Part shown: in pieces, positions 19,449-29,796 of the stretch
How positions within the stretch are numbered: position 1 is the stretch's first letter
Layout of the letters: every line of letters begins with the position of its first letter
Origin: Planctomycetota bacterium
GTDB lineage: Bacteria; Planctomycetota; B15-G4; JAXMBY01
Direction: 5' to 3'
Assembly: GCA_046349655.1 (NCBI GenBank)
Contig: JAXMBY010000051.1
Coordinates: 1-48,797, forward strand
DNA: 48,797 bases
Made by a program: the position numbers and the translations under genes
The notes under the pieces: generated by a model
Database searches by the model: none
What the model was told of the DNA's origin: nothing
Seen by the model: the letters and a program-made list of their open reading frames with translations, nothing else

Positions 19449-20368
19449 ATGGAGTGGCTGAACTACCATCACCTGCTGTACTTCTGGGTGACCGCGAAGG
19501 AAGGCGGCATCGCTCGTGCCGGCGAACATCTCGAGCTCTCGCTGCCCACCATCAGTGCCCAGATCCATGCCCTCGAGCGCGCGCTGGGCGAGAAGCTGTT
19601 CGAGAAACGCGGGCGACGCCTTGTGCTGACCGAGATGGGACGCATCGTGTTCCGCTACGCCGACGAGATCTTCCAGCTCGGGCGCGAGCTGCTCGACACC
19701 GTGAAGGGACGGCCGACCGGCCAACCGGTGCGGCTCGTCGTCGGCATCGCCGACGTGATCCCCAAGCTGGTCGCGCGGCGGTTGCTCGAGCCCGCCCGCC
19801 ACCTGCCCGAGGCCGTGCACCTGGTGTGCCGCGAAGACCGGCCCGAGCGCTTGTTTGCCGAGCTGTCGTTGCACTCGCTCGACGTCGTGATCACCGATGC
19901 GCCGGTGCCGCCGGGCAGCTCGGTGCGCGCATTCAATCACCTGCTGGGCGAGTGCGGCATCGGCTTCTTCGGCACGCGCGCGCTCAAGCGCGTGTTCGGC
20001 CGGCGCTTCCCGGAATCACTCGACCAGGCGCCGGTGCTCCTGCCGACCGCCAACACCGCGCTGCGGCGCAGCCTCGAGCGTGGTTCGAAGCGCACGCAGT
20101 GCGGCCGCGCGTGGTGGCCGAGTTCGAGGACAGTGCGCTGCTCAAGGTGTTCGGCCAGGAAGGCGGTGGATTGTTTCCGGCGCCGCTGGTGATCAAGCGC
20201 GAGCTGAGACAGCAGTGCGGCGTGGTGCTCGTGGGCGTTGCGGCTCACGTGAGCGAGCGGTTCTACGCCGTGTCGGTGGAGCGCCGCCTGAAGCACCCGG
20301 CCGTGGTGGCGATCTGCACTGCGGCGCGTGTCGAGCTGTTCGCCACCGCTCACGAGGTGAAGCGCTGA
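19449..20368 (+). CDS. nhaR: LysR-family transcriptional regulator, NhaR-like, carrying a 1-nt frameshift
   Basis: N-terminus MEWLNYHHLLYFWVTAKEGGIARAGEHLELSLPTISAQI is near-identical in pattern to NhaR. Frame 0 becomes nonsense after ...ALRRSLE (~20078), while frame 2 continues WFEAHAVRPRVVAEFEDSALLKVFGQ to the stop at 20366-20368. This is consistent with one missing base in 'gagcg-tgg'. Confidence 0.75.
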
Positions 20369-20757
20369 GCCAGCATCTTCGAGGGCTCTCGTCTTCTGCC
20401 TCGGTGCGGCGCGGAGTGTCGTCGAGCGGGGCAGCGCCTGTTCTTGCCCGCGAGCGCTTGACGCCGCCGGCAAGAACGGTGTGGCGATCCTGTTCCCGGC
20501 AGGCGATGCGCCGGCGCGCGGTGCGTGGCGTGCGCGTGGTCCACCCCGCACGAGGACGGGCGGCGAGCAGCCCCGTGGCAACCGGGCATGCTGCCGCGAC
20601 GGTGCCACCGAGCACAGCGCCACGGTCGAGAACTGGTAGGAGCTCCTGGACTCGCGGTTCGACGCGAGCGAGGGCAAGGCGCTGAACGACGACAATCCTC
20701 GAGGTGCTCGGGCGGCGCCCGCTTACCAATCACCCGCAGCACGTTTATACTGCCGCA

Positions 20758-22347
20758 ATGATCCAGCTCGCCATCCGTGTCCTGCTCACCGTCGCGGCGG
20801 GCTCGCCGCCATCGCTCGAGTTCACCGACCTCTCACTGGTGGGCGGCACCACCACGCTCGAGGTCACCGGCACGCCGCACGCGCTCGGCGCGGTGCTCCT
20901 GTCGGGCGCGTTGCTGCAGCCGCCGGTGGGGGAGCTGGGCATCGCACCGCCCTACGTGATCCTGCCGCTCGGTCAACTGCCGCCGAGCGGCGAGATCGTT
21001 CTCGAGCTGCGGGTGCCGCACGACGAGCTGCTGATCGGCATCCCGTACTACGGCCAGGCCTGGGTGGACGCCGAGCTCTCGCCGGTCGCGCGCAAACGCA
21101 TCGGTCCGGTCACGCTCGCGCACCCCGACCCGAAGCCCAACTCGAAGTTCGGCTGGTCGGTGCTCGGCGCCGATCTCGACCACGATGGCTACGACGATCT
21201 CGTGGTGGGTGCGGCGCGCATGGAGGTGTCCGGCATCGTCGACCGCGGCCAGGTATTCTATTCCCACGGACCTGACGCAAGCACCTTCAAGACGCTCGAT
21301 GCGCCCGGGTTGAGCTCGTCGGCGTGGTACGGGGCGGCGCTCGCCAGGGGCGATCTCAACGGCGATGGCCTGGACGATCTCGCCGTCGGTGCGATCCTCG
21401 CCGAAGTGAACTCGCTCACCGAGGCGGGCATGGTGTTCGCCTTCCTGAGCCCCAACCTCGATGCGGTGCCGCTCACCGAGGCGGTGCCCGAGCAGGGCGC
21501 GCATCTCGGCGCGCCGCTCGAGATCGCCGACTTCGATCAGGACGGCTTCAACGATCTGATCGCAGCAGCGCCACGCGGCACGGTCAGCGGGCTCAGCACC
21601 GCGGGGCGCGTGCAGATTTTCTTCGGCCCGACGCTGGCGCAGCAGCAGACGCTGACCGAGCCGGTGCCGGGCACGCTGTCGACGTTCGGCTCGTGCACCT
21701 CGGTGGGAGACATCGATCGCGACGGGGCGACCGACCTCCTGGTCGGCGCGATCACCGCGACCTCGGCGGGCCAGCCGTTTGCCGGCCAGGCCTACCTGTT
21801 CTATGGACCGAGCGCCGCGCGCGTGGTCACCATTGCCGACCCGACGCCCCACACCGACGATCGCTTCGGGCGCGCCAGCACGATCGCCGACTTCAACGGC
21901 GATGGCTTCGACGACATCGCAATCTCCGCGTACCGGGCCAGCGAGGGTCTGCGCGAAGCCGGCGAGGCGTGGGTGTACATGGGACCGGCGCGATTCCCGA
22001 TCTTCCACCTGGTCGAGCCGATCCCGGAGCTGGTCGGCGAGTTCGGCGTCGAGATCGCGAGCGGCAGCCTCGACGGCAATGCGCGCCGCGAGCTCGCCAT
22101 CGGCACCGAGTTCGCGAGCTTGCCCGGCGGCTACTTCAAGTCGGGTGCTCTGCTGCTCTACCGCGACGGCGACTTCGAGCATCCGCAGCGCTTGAGCGAG
22201 CACGAGCCGCAGGGTGGCGCCGTGTTCGGCTTCAGCATCGCGTTCTTGAACTTGTACGGCGCGGGTCGGCAATCGATCGCGGCCGGCGCGATCCACTACG
22301 ACGAGAGCGGCATGTTCAACGTCGGTCGCGTGACACTGTTCCCGTGA
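20758..22347 (+). CDS. Secreted FG-GAP repeat (integrin-alpha-like beta-propeller) protein
   Basis: Probable start MIQLAIRVLLTVAAGS (signal peptide); an alternative start is at 20704. Repeats: FGWSVLGADLDHDGYDDLVVGA, YGAALARGDLNGDGLDDLAVGA, LGAPLEIADFDQDGFNDLIAAA, FGSCTSVGDIDRDGATDLLVGA, FGRASTIADFNGDGFDDIAISA. Confidence 0.8.
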   Translation: MIQLAIRVLLTVAAGSPPSLEFTDLSLVGGTTTLEVTGTPHALGAVLLSGALLQPPVGELGIAPPYVILPLGQLPPSGEIVLELRVPHDELLIGIPYYGQAWVDAELSPVARKRIGPVTLAHPDPKPNSKFGWSVLGADLDHDGYDDLVVGAARMEVSGIVDRGQVFYSHGPDASTFKTLDAPGLSSSAWYGAALARGDLNGDGLDDLAVGAILAEVNSLTEAGMVFAFLSPNLDAVPLTEAVPEQGAHLGAPLEIADFDQDGFNDLIAAAPRGTVSGLSTAGRVQIFFGPTLAQQQTLTEPVPGTLSTFGSCTSVGDIDRDGATDLLVGAITATSAGQPFAGQAYLFYGPSAARVVTIADPTPHTDDRFGRASTIADFNGDGFDDIAISAYRASEGLREAGEAWVYMGPARFPIFHLVEPIPELVGEFGVEIASGSLDGNARRELAIGTEFASLPGGYFKSGALLLYRDGDFEHPQRLSEHEPQGGAVFGFSIAFLNLYGAGRQSIAAGAIHYDESGMFNVGRVTLFP

Positions 22348-22351
22348 CGGC

Positions 22352-23998
22352 GTGCCGCGCGTGAACGCAAGCAAGCTTCGCGAAACGATCCTGGTCGTCA
22401 TCTTGCTGGCGCTCGGCGTCATGGTACGCATCGCCGCCGTCGAGGAGTGGAGCTACGACCTCAAGCCGCTGCCCGATGCGATGGAGTATTCGCTGGTCGC
22501 GAATCAGCTCGCATCGCTCAGCGCCCCGGTGCTCACCATCGATGGGCACCCCTACCCGAGCCGTTATCCGCTGGGCACGCCGCTCATGCTCACGCCGTTC
22601 GCGCTGCTCTTTGGCGGCAGACTGCCGTGGCTGTTCGTCGGCGTGCTCTTGTATGCGACGCTGGTGCTGCTGCTCACGTACCTGTTCGCGCGGCAGATCC
22701 TGACCCCGGCCGGCGCCGCCATCGCGCTCGCCATCACCGCCCTGTCACCCGAGCACACGCGGTTCAGCGTGCTCGTGATGAGCGAGATCCCCTCGGGCCT
22801 GCTGCTGCTCGCGATCGCGTTCTCGTGGATGCGCATGGGACGCGAACGGCTGCATCCCGTGGGCACCTTGCTAATCGGTGTGGTCGCTGGGTTCGCGACC
22901 ATCGTCCGCTACCCCAACGGCCTGGTGCTGATCTGCCTGCTGGTCGATGTCGTGCGCCGCATCAAGACAAGCGAGGCCGGCGCGACGCGCGGTCTCGTGC
23001 TGCTGCTGCTGGGGAGCGCGCTGCCAGTTGCCGGCCAGCTGTTCGCGAACCAGCTCCTCTTCGGTTCCGCGCTGGAGAACGGCTACCGCTACTGGGAACC
23101 CAATGACTACGCGACCGGACGAGCGATCCTCTTGCGCCATGCCCTGGTTCCCGATCAGTCGGTGTGGCAGAACGGCGGCTTCTCCTACTACGGGAAAGCG
23201 CTGCTCGGCCTCCACCCGGCGCTGTATCGACCCGAGGTGTTCGCGCTCGCGTTGCTGGGCACCGCGGTCGTGTGGCGCTCACGCCATCAGCGTCGGCAAC
23301 TCATCCTGCTCGCGCTGCTGCCGATCGTCACGTTCGCGTTCTACTGCTGCTACTTCTTTCAAGCCTACCGGATGCTGGTACCGGTGCTGCCGTTCCTGGC
23401 AGTCCTGGCCGCGGTGCCCATCGACCGCCTGACGTCATGGCGGCCCGGTCGGCTAGTTGGCATCGGCATGCCGATCGTCGTGGTCGCGGCCCTGTCGCTG
23501 CGCATGGCCTCGCCGCTGCGCGAGGTACTGAGGAAGGCCTCGGACGAGCGGCCGTACGCGAGCCTGCCGGCATTCGAGTCGCTGCGCGGACAGCTCGACC
23601 GCGATGCGGTGATCGTGTGGGACCTGCCGCTCGCGCTCGGCTCGCGCTTGCTGCCCGGATTCGAGCTGATGCCGCTCACCGCCGATGGCGTCGATCGGCA
23701 TCTCGCCTGGATCATCCAGCATGATCTCGCGCCAATCGATGGCTGGCGCGGCCGTCCGGTGCCGCTCTACCTCGATCGCACCATCTTGCATCCGCCGTCC
23801 TACGAGCGGCTTCAGCACCTCAGCCAGCAGGGCAGGCGCATCCTGTTCATCCACGCCCACCGCGGTGCCGCCACCGAGATGAAGGACGTGATCGCGCGCT
23901 ACTTCACGGCCAAGCGCTACGTGCACGAAGGAACGGAGTTCTTCGCGAACGGCTTGTGGGTGCTCGAGCTGGTGCCGCGCAGCGGGCGAGGTTCGTGA
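22352..23998 (+). CDS. Polytopic membrane GT-C-type glycosyltransferase, GT39/PMT_2/ArnT-like
   Basis: Starts 5 nt after the FG-GAP gene stop (operon). ~11 predicted TM segments. A first periplasmic loop with DAMEY (Asp/Glu motif) follows TM1, as in PMT/ArnT-type enzymes. 548 aa. Confidence 0.55.
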   Translation: MPRVNASKLRETILVVILLALGVMVRIAAVEEWSYDLKPLPDAMEYSLVANQLASLSAPVLTIDGHPYPSRYPLGTPLMLTPFALLFGGRLPWLFVGVLLYATLVLLLTYLFARQILTPAGAAIALAITALSPEHTRFSVLVMSEIPSGLLLLAIAFSWMRMGRERLHPVGTLLIGVVAGFATIVRYPNGLVLICLLVDVVRRIKTSEAGATRGLVLLLLGSALPVAGQLFANQLLFGSALENGYRYWEPNDYATGRAILLRHALVPDQSVWQNGGFSYYGKALLGLHPALYRPEVFALALLGTAVVWRSRHQRRQLILLALLPIVTFAFYCCYFFQAYRMLVPVLPFLAVLAAVPIDRLTSWRPGRLVGIGMPIVVVAALSLRMASPLREVLRKASDERPYASLPAFESLRGQLDRDAVIVWDLPLALGSRLLPGFELMPLTADGVDRHLAWIIQHDLAPIDGWRGRPVPLYLDRTILHPPSYERLQHLSQQGRRILFIHAHRGAATEMKDVIARYFTAKRYVHEGTEFFANGLWVLELVPRSGRGS

Positions 23999-24019
23999 TG
24001 GCAGGCAACGTCCATGCCG

Positions 24020-26413
24020 TCAACGCCGTTCTGGCCTCGACCAGCAAACGACCATGACGATCGCGGCAACCGCCGACAACACGGCACCGATCCGAAAACT
24101 CATCGGCTCATAGTCGAAGCGCACGTGATGACGGCCCGCGGGCACGGCGATCCCCATCAAGGCATGATCGGTGCTCACGATGCGCGTGTCGGTCGCATCG
24201 ATGCGCGCGCGCCATCCGGGCAGCTGCGTCTCCGACAGCACCAGAAACCCCGGGGCATCGAGCGTGACGTCGACATCGACTTGGCTCGCACGTGGCCGCT
24301 CGACGCGGCACTCGCCGTGCCCGAGCTCGGCACCGAAGTGGATGTCTTGTTCCACGACCGCGGTGAGCGGATCGAACCGCGCGTCGGTGAGCGTGCTCAG
24401 GCGCTGCGCCGAGTCGCGGATGGAGATCACTCGGCGGGCCAGAAACGCCCGCGGCAGTGCCCGCGCTCGAGCATAGACGCCCACCGCTTCCTCGGGTTGG
24501 CCATAGACCAGCGTCAGGCCGTCCACGTCAGGCAGCTTCTCGGTGGTCAACACGTGGCTGACGCCGAGCGCATCGAGAATCGGACGCGTCACGACATCGA
24601 TGCTCGCGAAACCATTCGCCACTCGGGGATCGTCGGGATCGAGAGTGGCGGGATCGAGCGCCCGGAGCAGCTCGCCGACGCGCCTCACCACCATTGACGC
24701 CGTGCCGTCGACCGAGGACAGCGAGAACATCTGCGCGATGGTGGCCGGCAGGTGGAACGGACCACCGAGGCGGCACAGTCGCGAGCTCTGCGCACTGGTC
24801 TCGCGCTGCAGGAACTCGATCGTCGAGGTGCTCTGGTATTGTCCGGCGAGCGGCTGGAAGGGATTGCTGGCTCGCAGCAGGCTGCCCAGGTCGAGGATCG
24901 TGAACGCCAGCAGCACCGGGGCCACCCAGGACCGCATGGCCCGATGGCGCAGCAGCAGGCTCAGTGTGCCGAGCACGAGCGCAGCGAGCAGCAAGTGCAG
25001 CACGTCGGCGGCCAGGGCCGTGCGCAATCGATCCGCGCCGGTGTCGAACGCGTGCGGCAGAAGGAACCAGCACGCGAGCGCCACCACGGCGTAGATCATG
25101 GCGGTGATCGCGAGCAGCCGGTTCTGCGCCGGCGACGGGTTGTCGAAGAGCGCATCGAGGCCGGCGGCTGCGAGATACGCGAGCCCCGCGCTGGCGAGCC
25201 ACAGGATGCGCTTGGGGCTGCCGGCCGTGAAGCCGGGCAGCAGCCGAGCCAGGTCCGAGAAACCCGGCACCGCCATGGCAGCGAGCCACGCGAAGATCAC
25301 CAGGCTGCCGAAGAAGCGCGCATGGCGACGGCGGTTTGCGCCCAGCAGCGCGAACGGCAGCACCAGGAGGCCCACGTACACCGTGTTCTCGGCGAAGTTG
25401 TTCTGGATGTCGAGCTTGCCCTCGGCCGTGTGCTTCAGCCAGTGCTCCTCGGTGGGCAACGGCTCGATCTTGGCAGCCGCACGTCCGGCGAGGTCGATCT
25501 CCACCACCGGATTCTGGAACAGATGCGGAACCAGCAGGCCGCACAACAGCTCGGGCTCGATCGCCTTCTCGCCGAGGCGCTGTCGTGCCAGCCCGCTGCT
25601 GCGCATGGAGTTCTGCAGCAGCTCGGTGGCGGGCATCAGGTGCACGCTCGACAGCGCGCCGCCAAGCATGAGCCCGCACGCAAAGCACGAGGCCGCGCGC
25701 CACGACCACGCGCGCGGTTGCGCAGTGACCGCATGGAACACCGCGTACGCGCTCGCCGCTGCGAGCTCCAGCAATGCGAGCTGGGGAAAGCCGGCCAGCA
25801 AGCACAGGCCGGCGACCAGCGCGAGAGTGCCCATCGAGCGGAGCGAAGGTCGTTCCACGACGCGCTCGGCCGCGAGCAGCAGCCAAGGAAAGTACGCCGC
25901 CGTGTAGATGAAATGCGGGACATGCACGTGCACGCCGATGAAGCCGCAGCACATCGCCGCGATTGCGCCGAACGTCGCCGCCAAGGCGCCGTGGCCGCGA
26001 CGTGACAAGAACAGCAGCGTGCCCGTGCCGAGCAGTACGAGATGCAGCGCGATCGACACCGCGAAGCCGCGAACCTCGCCGAACCACAGCATGATCGGCA
26101 GCGTGATGTAGATCAACGGATAGGCGAGATTCGCGAGCAGCGGCTGGCCCAGATACACGTGCGGATTCCAGAGCGGCAGCTCGCCGCGACGCAACTGTGC
26201 GAGCATCACCGAGGTCTCTGGAATGATCCAGCCGTTGATGTCGGACGTGACGAAGTTCATCGGCCGAGGCTGTGAATCGCGCGGCGCGTGCACGATCCAG
26301 GGCGAGAGGAATCGGTTGTCGAGACTCAACAGCGACGCGTCGAGGAACAGCGGCTCGAACAGCATCGCACCGACCACCACCACGATCGCGATCACGGATC
26401 GGCAGGTCTTCAC
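24020..26413 (-). CDS. YfhO-family polytopic membrane protein (GT-C-like glycosyltransferase)
   Basis: 797 aa, many TM helices at the N-terminus and a large C-terminal periplasmic domain. Overall architecture and motifs (WNPHVYLGQPLLANLAYPL, NTVYVGLLVLPFALLG) are typical of YfhO. Confidence 0.65.
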   Translation of the reverse strand: MKTCRSVIAIVVVVGAMLFEPLFLDASLLSLDNRFLSPWIVHAPRDSQPRPMNFVTSDINGWIIPETSVMLAQLRRGELPLWNPHVYLGQPLLANLAYPLIYITLPIMLWFGEVRGFAVSIALHLVLLGTGTLLFLSRRGHGALAATFGAIAAMCCGFIGVHVHVPHFIYTAAYFPWLLLAAERVVERPSLRSMGTLALVAGLCLLAGFPQLALLELAAASAYAVFHAVTAQPRAWSWRAASCFACGLMLGGALSSVHLMPATELLQNSMRSSGLARQRLGEKAIEPELLCGLLVPHLFQNPVVEIDLAGRAAAKIEPLPTEEHWLKHTAEGKLDIQNNFAENTVYVGLLVLPFALLGANRRRHARFFGSLVIFAWLAAMAVPGFSDLARLLPGFTAGSPKRILWLASAGLAYLAAAGLDALFDNPSPAQNRLLAITAMIYAVVALACWFLLPHAFDTGADRLRTALAADVLHLLLAALVLGTLSLLLRHRAMRSWVAPVLLAFTILDLGSLLRASNPFQPLAGQYQSTSTIEFLQRETSAQSSRLCRLGGPFHLPATIAQMFSLSSVDGTASMVVRRVGELLRALDPATLDPDDPRVANGFASIDVVTRPILDALGVSHVLTTEKLPDVDGLTLVYGQPEEAVGVYARARALPRAFLARRVISIRDSAQRLSTLTDARFDPLTAVVEQDIHFGAELGHGECRVERPRASQVDVDVTLDAPGFLVLSETQLPGWRARIDATDTRIVSTDHALMGIAVPAGRHHVRFDYEPMSFRIGAVLSAVAAIVMVVCWSRPERR

Positions 26414-26684
26414 GTCGGCAGACCATACCCGAGCAGTCTTCTCGGGTGTAGAAAAAGTGGCCGGGTTCCGTTTCCCGCACGGTGATGACCAGTCGCGACC
26501 GATCGTCTCACCCCGATTGGCTCGTTGCCACGCGCTACGGAGAGTGCCCGGTGTTCATGATCGGACGCCTCGACCTGATCAAGAACAAGCGCGGTCGGTC
26601 GCCCGCAGGACTTGCTGGATGCCGAGGCCCTGGAGCGGAATGAACCAATGCGCGACGAGAACGATCGGAGCAGGCGAGGCCCGC

Positions 26685-27775
26685 TCACTCCGCCGCCCGC
26701 GTGACCTTCCACGCGCCTCTCGGTGCCAGCGTCTTCACATCGAGCGCGCGCAGGTAGTAGGTCGCCGGCGCCAGCGATTCCCAGGTGAGCGACGAGAACT
26801 GAAAGCGCGCATCGCGGCCCAGATGACCGGCCGCGAGCACGAAGAACGGCTCCAGCGCGAGCTCGAGGACATACGGAAGCGGCTCGCCCTCGAGCTCGAG
26901 CGTGACCGGCTGCGGGGTTCGGCCAAGATCGACGAATGGCGTCACCGGCGTGGGCTCGTGCAGCTCGTGCGCCGATGCAACCAGCTCTTGCAACGCGCGA
27001 TCGATCGGTGCGAACCACGGGTGATGGCGGTGCAGATAGCGGGCTCTCGAGATGCGGCACTTCGCCATGGCCTCGTTCCACACGGTGCCGACGCTGCGAT
27101 GCGCGAAGTGCACGGCCTCGGCTTCTGGCACCAACAGCGATCGTCCGATCGCACGCATATAGACGAGTCGGCATCCTCGTAGTAGGCGGAAACGGCCTCG
27201 TCGAATCCGCCCACTTGCATGAGGAGATCGCGGCGCGCGGCCAGGAACGCGCCGGTGAGCGCCCGCTGTTCACGCGGCTCTTTCGCGGTCCAGCAGGCGA
27301 GCGTGCCCACCGCGCAGGCCTGGCCGTCGGCGGTATCCAGGGTGTAGTCGAAGGCTGCGCGCAGCCGAGCAGCAGATGGATCTCCGGGATCAAAGCGGCG
27401 CCGGCTCGGCGTGCGCGGCTCGGCGAGCCGGCCTCCCAGGTGCATCGAGGTAGGCCGACGTAATACTCGAGCTCCGGCACGCATACGGCAGCTCGACGTT
27501 GAGGAAGAACACGTGCGGCCAGCGACCTGGAGCAGGCCGAGGTTGCAACTCGCCGTATAGCGGTATTGCGCAGCAGAGCAGAACACCTGCGGCCAGGTCC
27601 TCGAGCTCGCCGAGATGGACGACGATCCAGGCGGCGACGCGTTGTCCACCACCACCAGCTCGCCGCGCCAGCTCGCGTGCGAGGCGAGGTCTTGATCGCG
27701 CAGCGATTCGAACAACAGGTCGAGATACTGGCCGGGTGAAGTTGGCGACGATGAAGGACAGGTCGGCTTGCTCAT
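26685..27775 (-). pseudogene. GT2-family glycosyltransferase, multiply frameshifted
   Basis: GT2 signatures are scattered over at least 3 frames: YLDLLFESLRDQD...GELVVVDNASP (27775-27600), AAFDYTLDTADGQ...FLARRDLLMQVGGFDEAVSAYYEDADS (27420-27170), VPEAEAVHFAHRS (ORF 26685-27158). Confidence 0.55.
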
Positions 27776-27830
27776 GGTTGGTCGTAGGCATCATCGGCAG
27801 TCTTCCCGGCGGTCGAACGTCGCAGGGTCA

Positions 27831-28589
27831 TCAGAAGAAGTCGATGTCGCCCATGGTCTGATACCAGTGCTCGTTCAACCACCGGCGATTGGCCCACTTC
27901 ACATAGGAACGAAAGGCTTGCTGGTACGGGGTGAACTGCACGAAGAAGCCATGCTCTGTACAGGACGCAAGAACTCGGCATGGGCTGCGGAAACCACGCG
28001 ACGATGGCGCGCTTGCCGCGGCGTGAGGTCTCGGCTCGCGCCTGCGGATCAGCAGCCATCGGCGTCGTCGCGGTCACGCGCGGGCACCAGGCACTCGAGA
28101 ATGGAGACGATGGAATCGTCCCGGCCGCCTCGCGAGCACCGCCTTCGATGCCGAACAGCTCGCCTCCTGTCATCGCTCACCTCCAGCAGCCAAGTGTTCG
28201 ACGTCGGGGTGATCGGCATAGCGCCAGTTGAGGTACGCGGCGTCGCGGATCGTGGCGTGGTGATGGTTGCCTTCGCACGCTCCCACAGCGCATCGACCGC
28301 GGCGCCGAAGCGCGGCACGCGCCTCGCGCTCACACCGCGAGCCGCACCCACCAGCGGGATGCTCGCCTCGCGCACCAGGAAACTGACGTCGCGCAGCACC
28401 TCGAACGAGAAACCGAACGCCGACCCGCAGCAACGGCAGTTCCGGGAAAACCGAGCAGCGCGTTCGTGCGGCCGCGGGCCGATCAGGTACAGCTCGGCCA
28501 TGCGCACGATCAGGCCGGTTCTCTGCAATCCCCGCCGGTGCTCGGGTCGATGGCGACATCGGACTGAACGCTCTGGCGGCACCGCTCAC
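27831..28589 (-). pseudogene. GNAT/FemAB-like (Acetyltransf_6-type) acyltransferase, fragmented
   Basis: Fragments HHATIRDAAYLNWRYADHP (ORF 28170-28589), MAELYLIGPRP...SFEVLRDVSFLVREASIPLVGAA (ORF 28049-28582), and a C-terminal HGFFVQFTPYQQAFRSYVKWANRRWLNEHWYQTMGDIDFF ending at TGA 27831 (found by my own six-frame reading; it is not in the ORF track because the frame is short). Confidence 0.4.
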
Positions 28590-28861
28590 CGTTCAAGACG
28601 CAGGCGCTGGGAATCCCGGCGTACTGTGCGACGCAGCGCCCATCGCGCCGCATGGCAGGGATCACCTCGGTGGCACGCAGCGGATTGTCGCGAAACTTCG
28701 GTGCCAGTGGTGCCGGGTCCGCGGTCGGGCCTTTGCGAACACTCGATTGTGCAGGTCGAGCACCGCCTCGGCATCCGCCTCGGCAAAGGGCCTCACCGTC
28801 AGCCGCTGGTCAGGCACCGGTTCGCTCGGCGCGACACAGCGCCGTGATCTCGTAGGCCAGG

Positions 28862-29494
28862 TCACCGTTCTCGGGCAGTCTTGAGCAGGAGGCATTGGCT
28901 GATCAGCTCGCGAATCTCGGCCGCCAGCTGCGGCCGCAGGTCGGCAAACTCATCGCACCAGAGGTTGCGCTGTCGCTCGACCTGGAAATCCACGATCAGG
29001 TCGAGCGTCGGCAGGACGTGCGCCACGGCAACTTCCTGATGCCGTGCCCGAAAGCACGCCCGAGCGCGGCGGCCATCACGCTGCCGCGGCGATGAAACGG
29101 AGCCACGCGCCAGGGCGGCTCGGGGATCGTGACGACATCGCTGATGACGATCACGCCATCGGGGCGCAACAGCTTCACGCAGTGCTCGAACAACGAGTTC
29201 CAGGCGCGGCGTAGCGCGCAGCACCTCGATGAACACCAGCCCGTCGAACAGGTCGTGCTCAACACCAGCACGCCTGCTCCGCGAGGCTCACGGAACGGAA
29301 AGGCGCGGCTCGAAGCGCACGTCGCCAGCTGCGCCGGCTGAAGCTCGCGGCCCCGCGCGAATTGCCGCCAGATCGCACGGATCGATGCCGACGGCCTGGT
29401 GTCCCAGCGCCGCCAGCAATGCCGTCGTGCCGCCGAGGCCGCAGCCGACGTCGAGCACGCGGCCACCGCCAGTGAGGAACGACGCGTTCAGCAA
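28862..29494 (-). pseudogene. Class I SAM-dependent methyltransferase, >=3 frameshifts
   Basis: Motif I RVLDVGCGLGGTTALLAALGHQAVGIDP (ORF 29288-29494). Post-motif II HDLFDGLVFIEVL in a second frame (~29236). RVL-KLLRPDGVIVISDVVTIPEPPW in a third frame (ORF 28996-29466). C-terminal tail ...DEFADLRPQLAAEIRELISQ ends at 28862. Confidence 0.5.
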
Positions 29495-29796
29495 CGCCAG
29501 GCGATGTTGCGCCGCACCCAGCGAATCCGATGGGCTGGCGAAGTAGCCGAAATGGTGATGAACCGATTCGGCCAGCAGCGCGAACAGATGCAGCGGCTGC
29601 GGCGGCTGGCAGAGCAGCAGGTCGCGGCGCCCGCCGCTCGCCGATGGCAGCCCGCGGTGCCGCGACCGGCGGCGTTCCCAAGCTGGTCTGCGAGCCTCGC
29701 GCGATCAAGAGGACCTCTCCTGGTCAGCCACGATCTCCTCCTCCCGACGCACCTGCCGAGCGATCGAACGAACCCTAAAGGAGGCCGTCGATGGCG

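Noticed and set aside
20070-20095. tRNA-like 'tggttcgaagcg' T-arm-like string
   Set aside because: It lies inside the LysR coding sequence and encodes WFEAH. There is no flanking acceptor or anticodon-stem complementarity.
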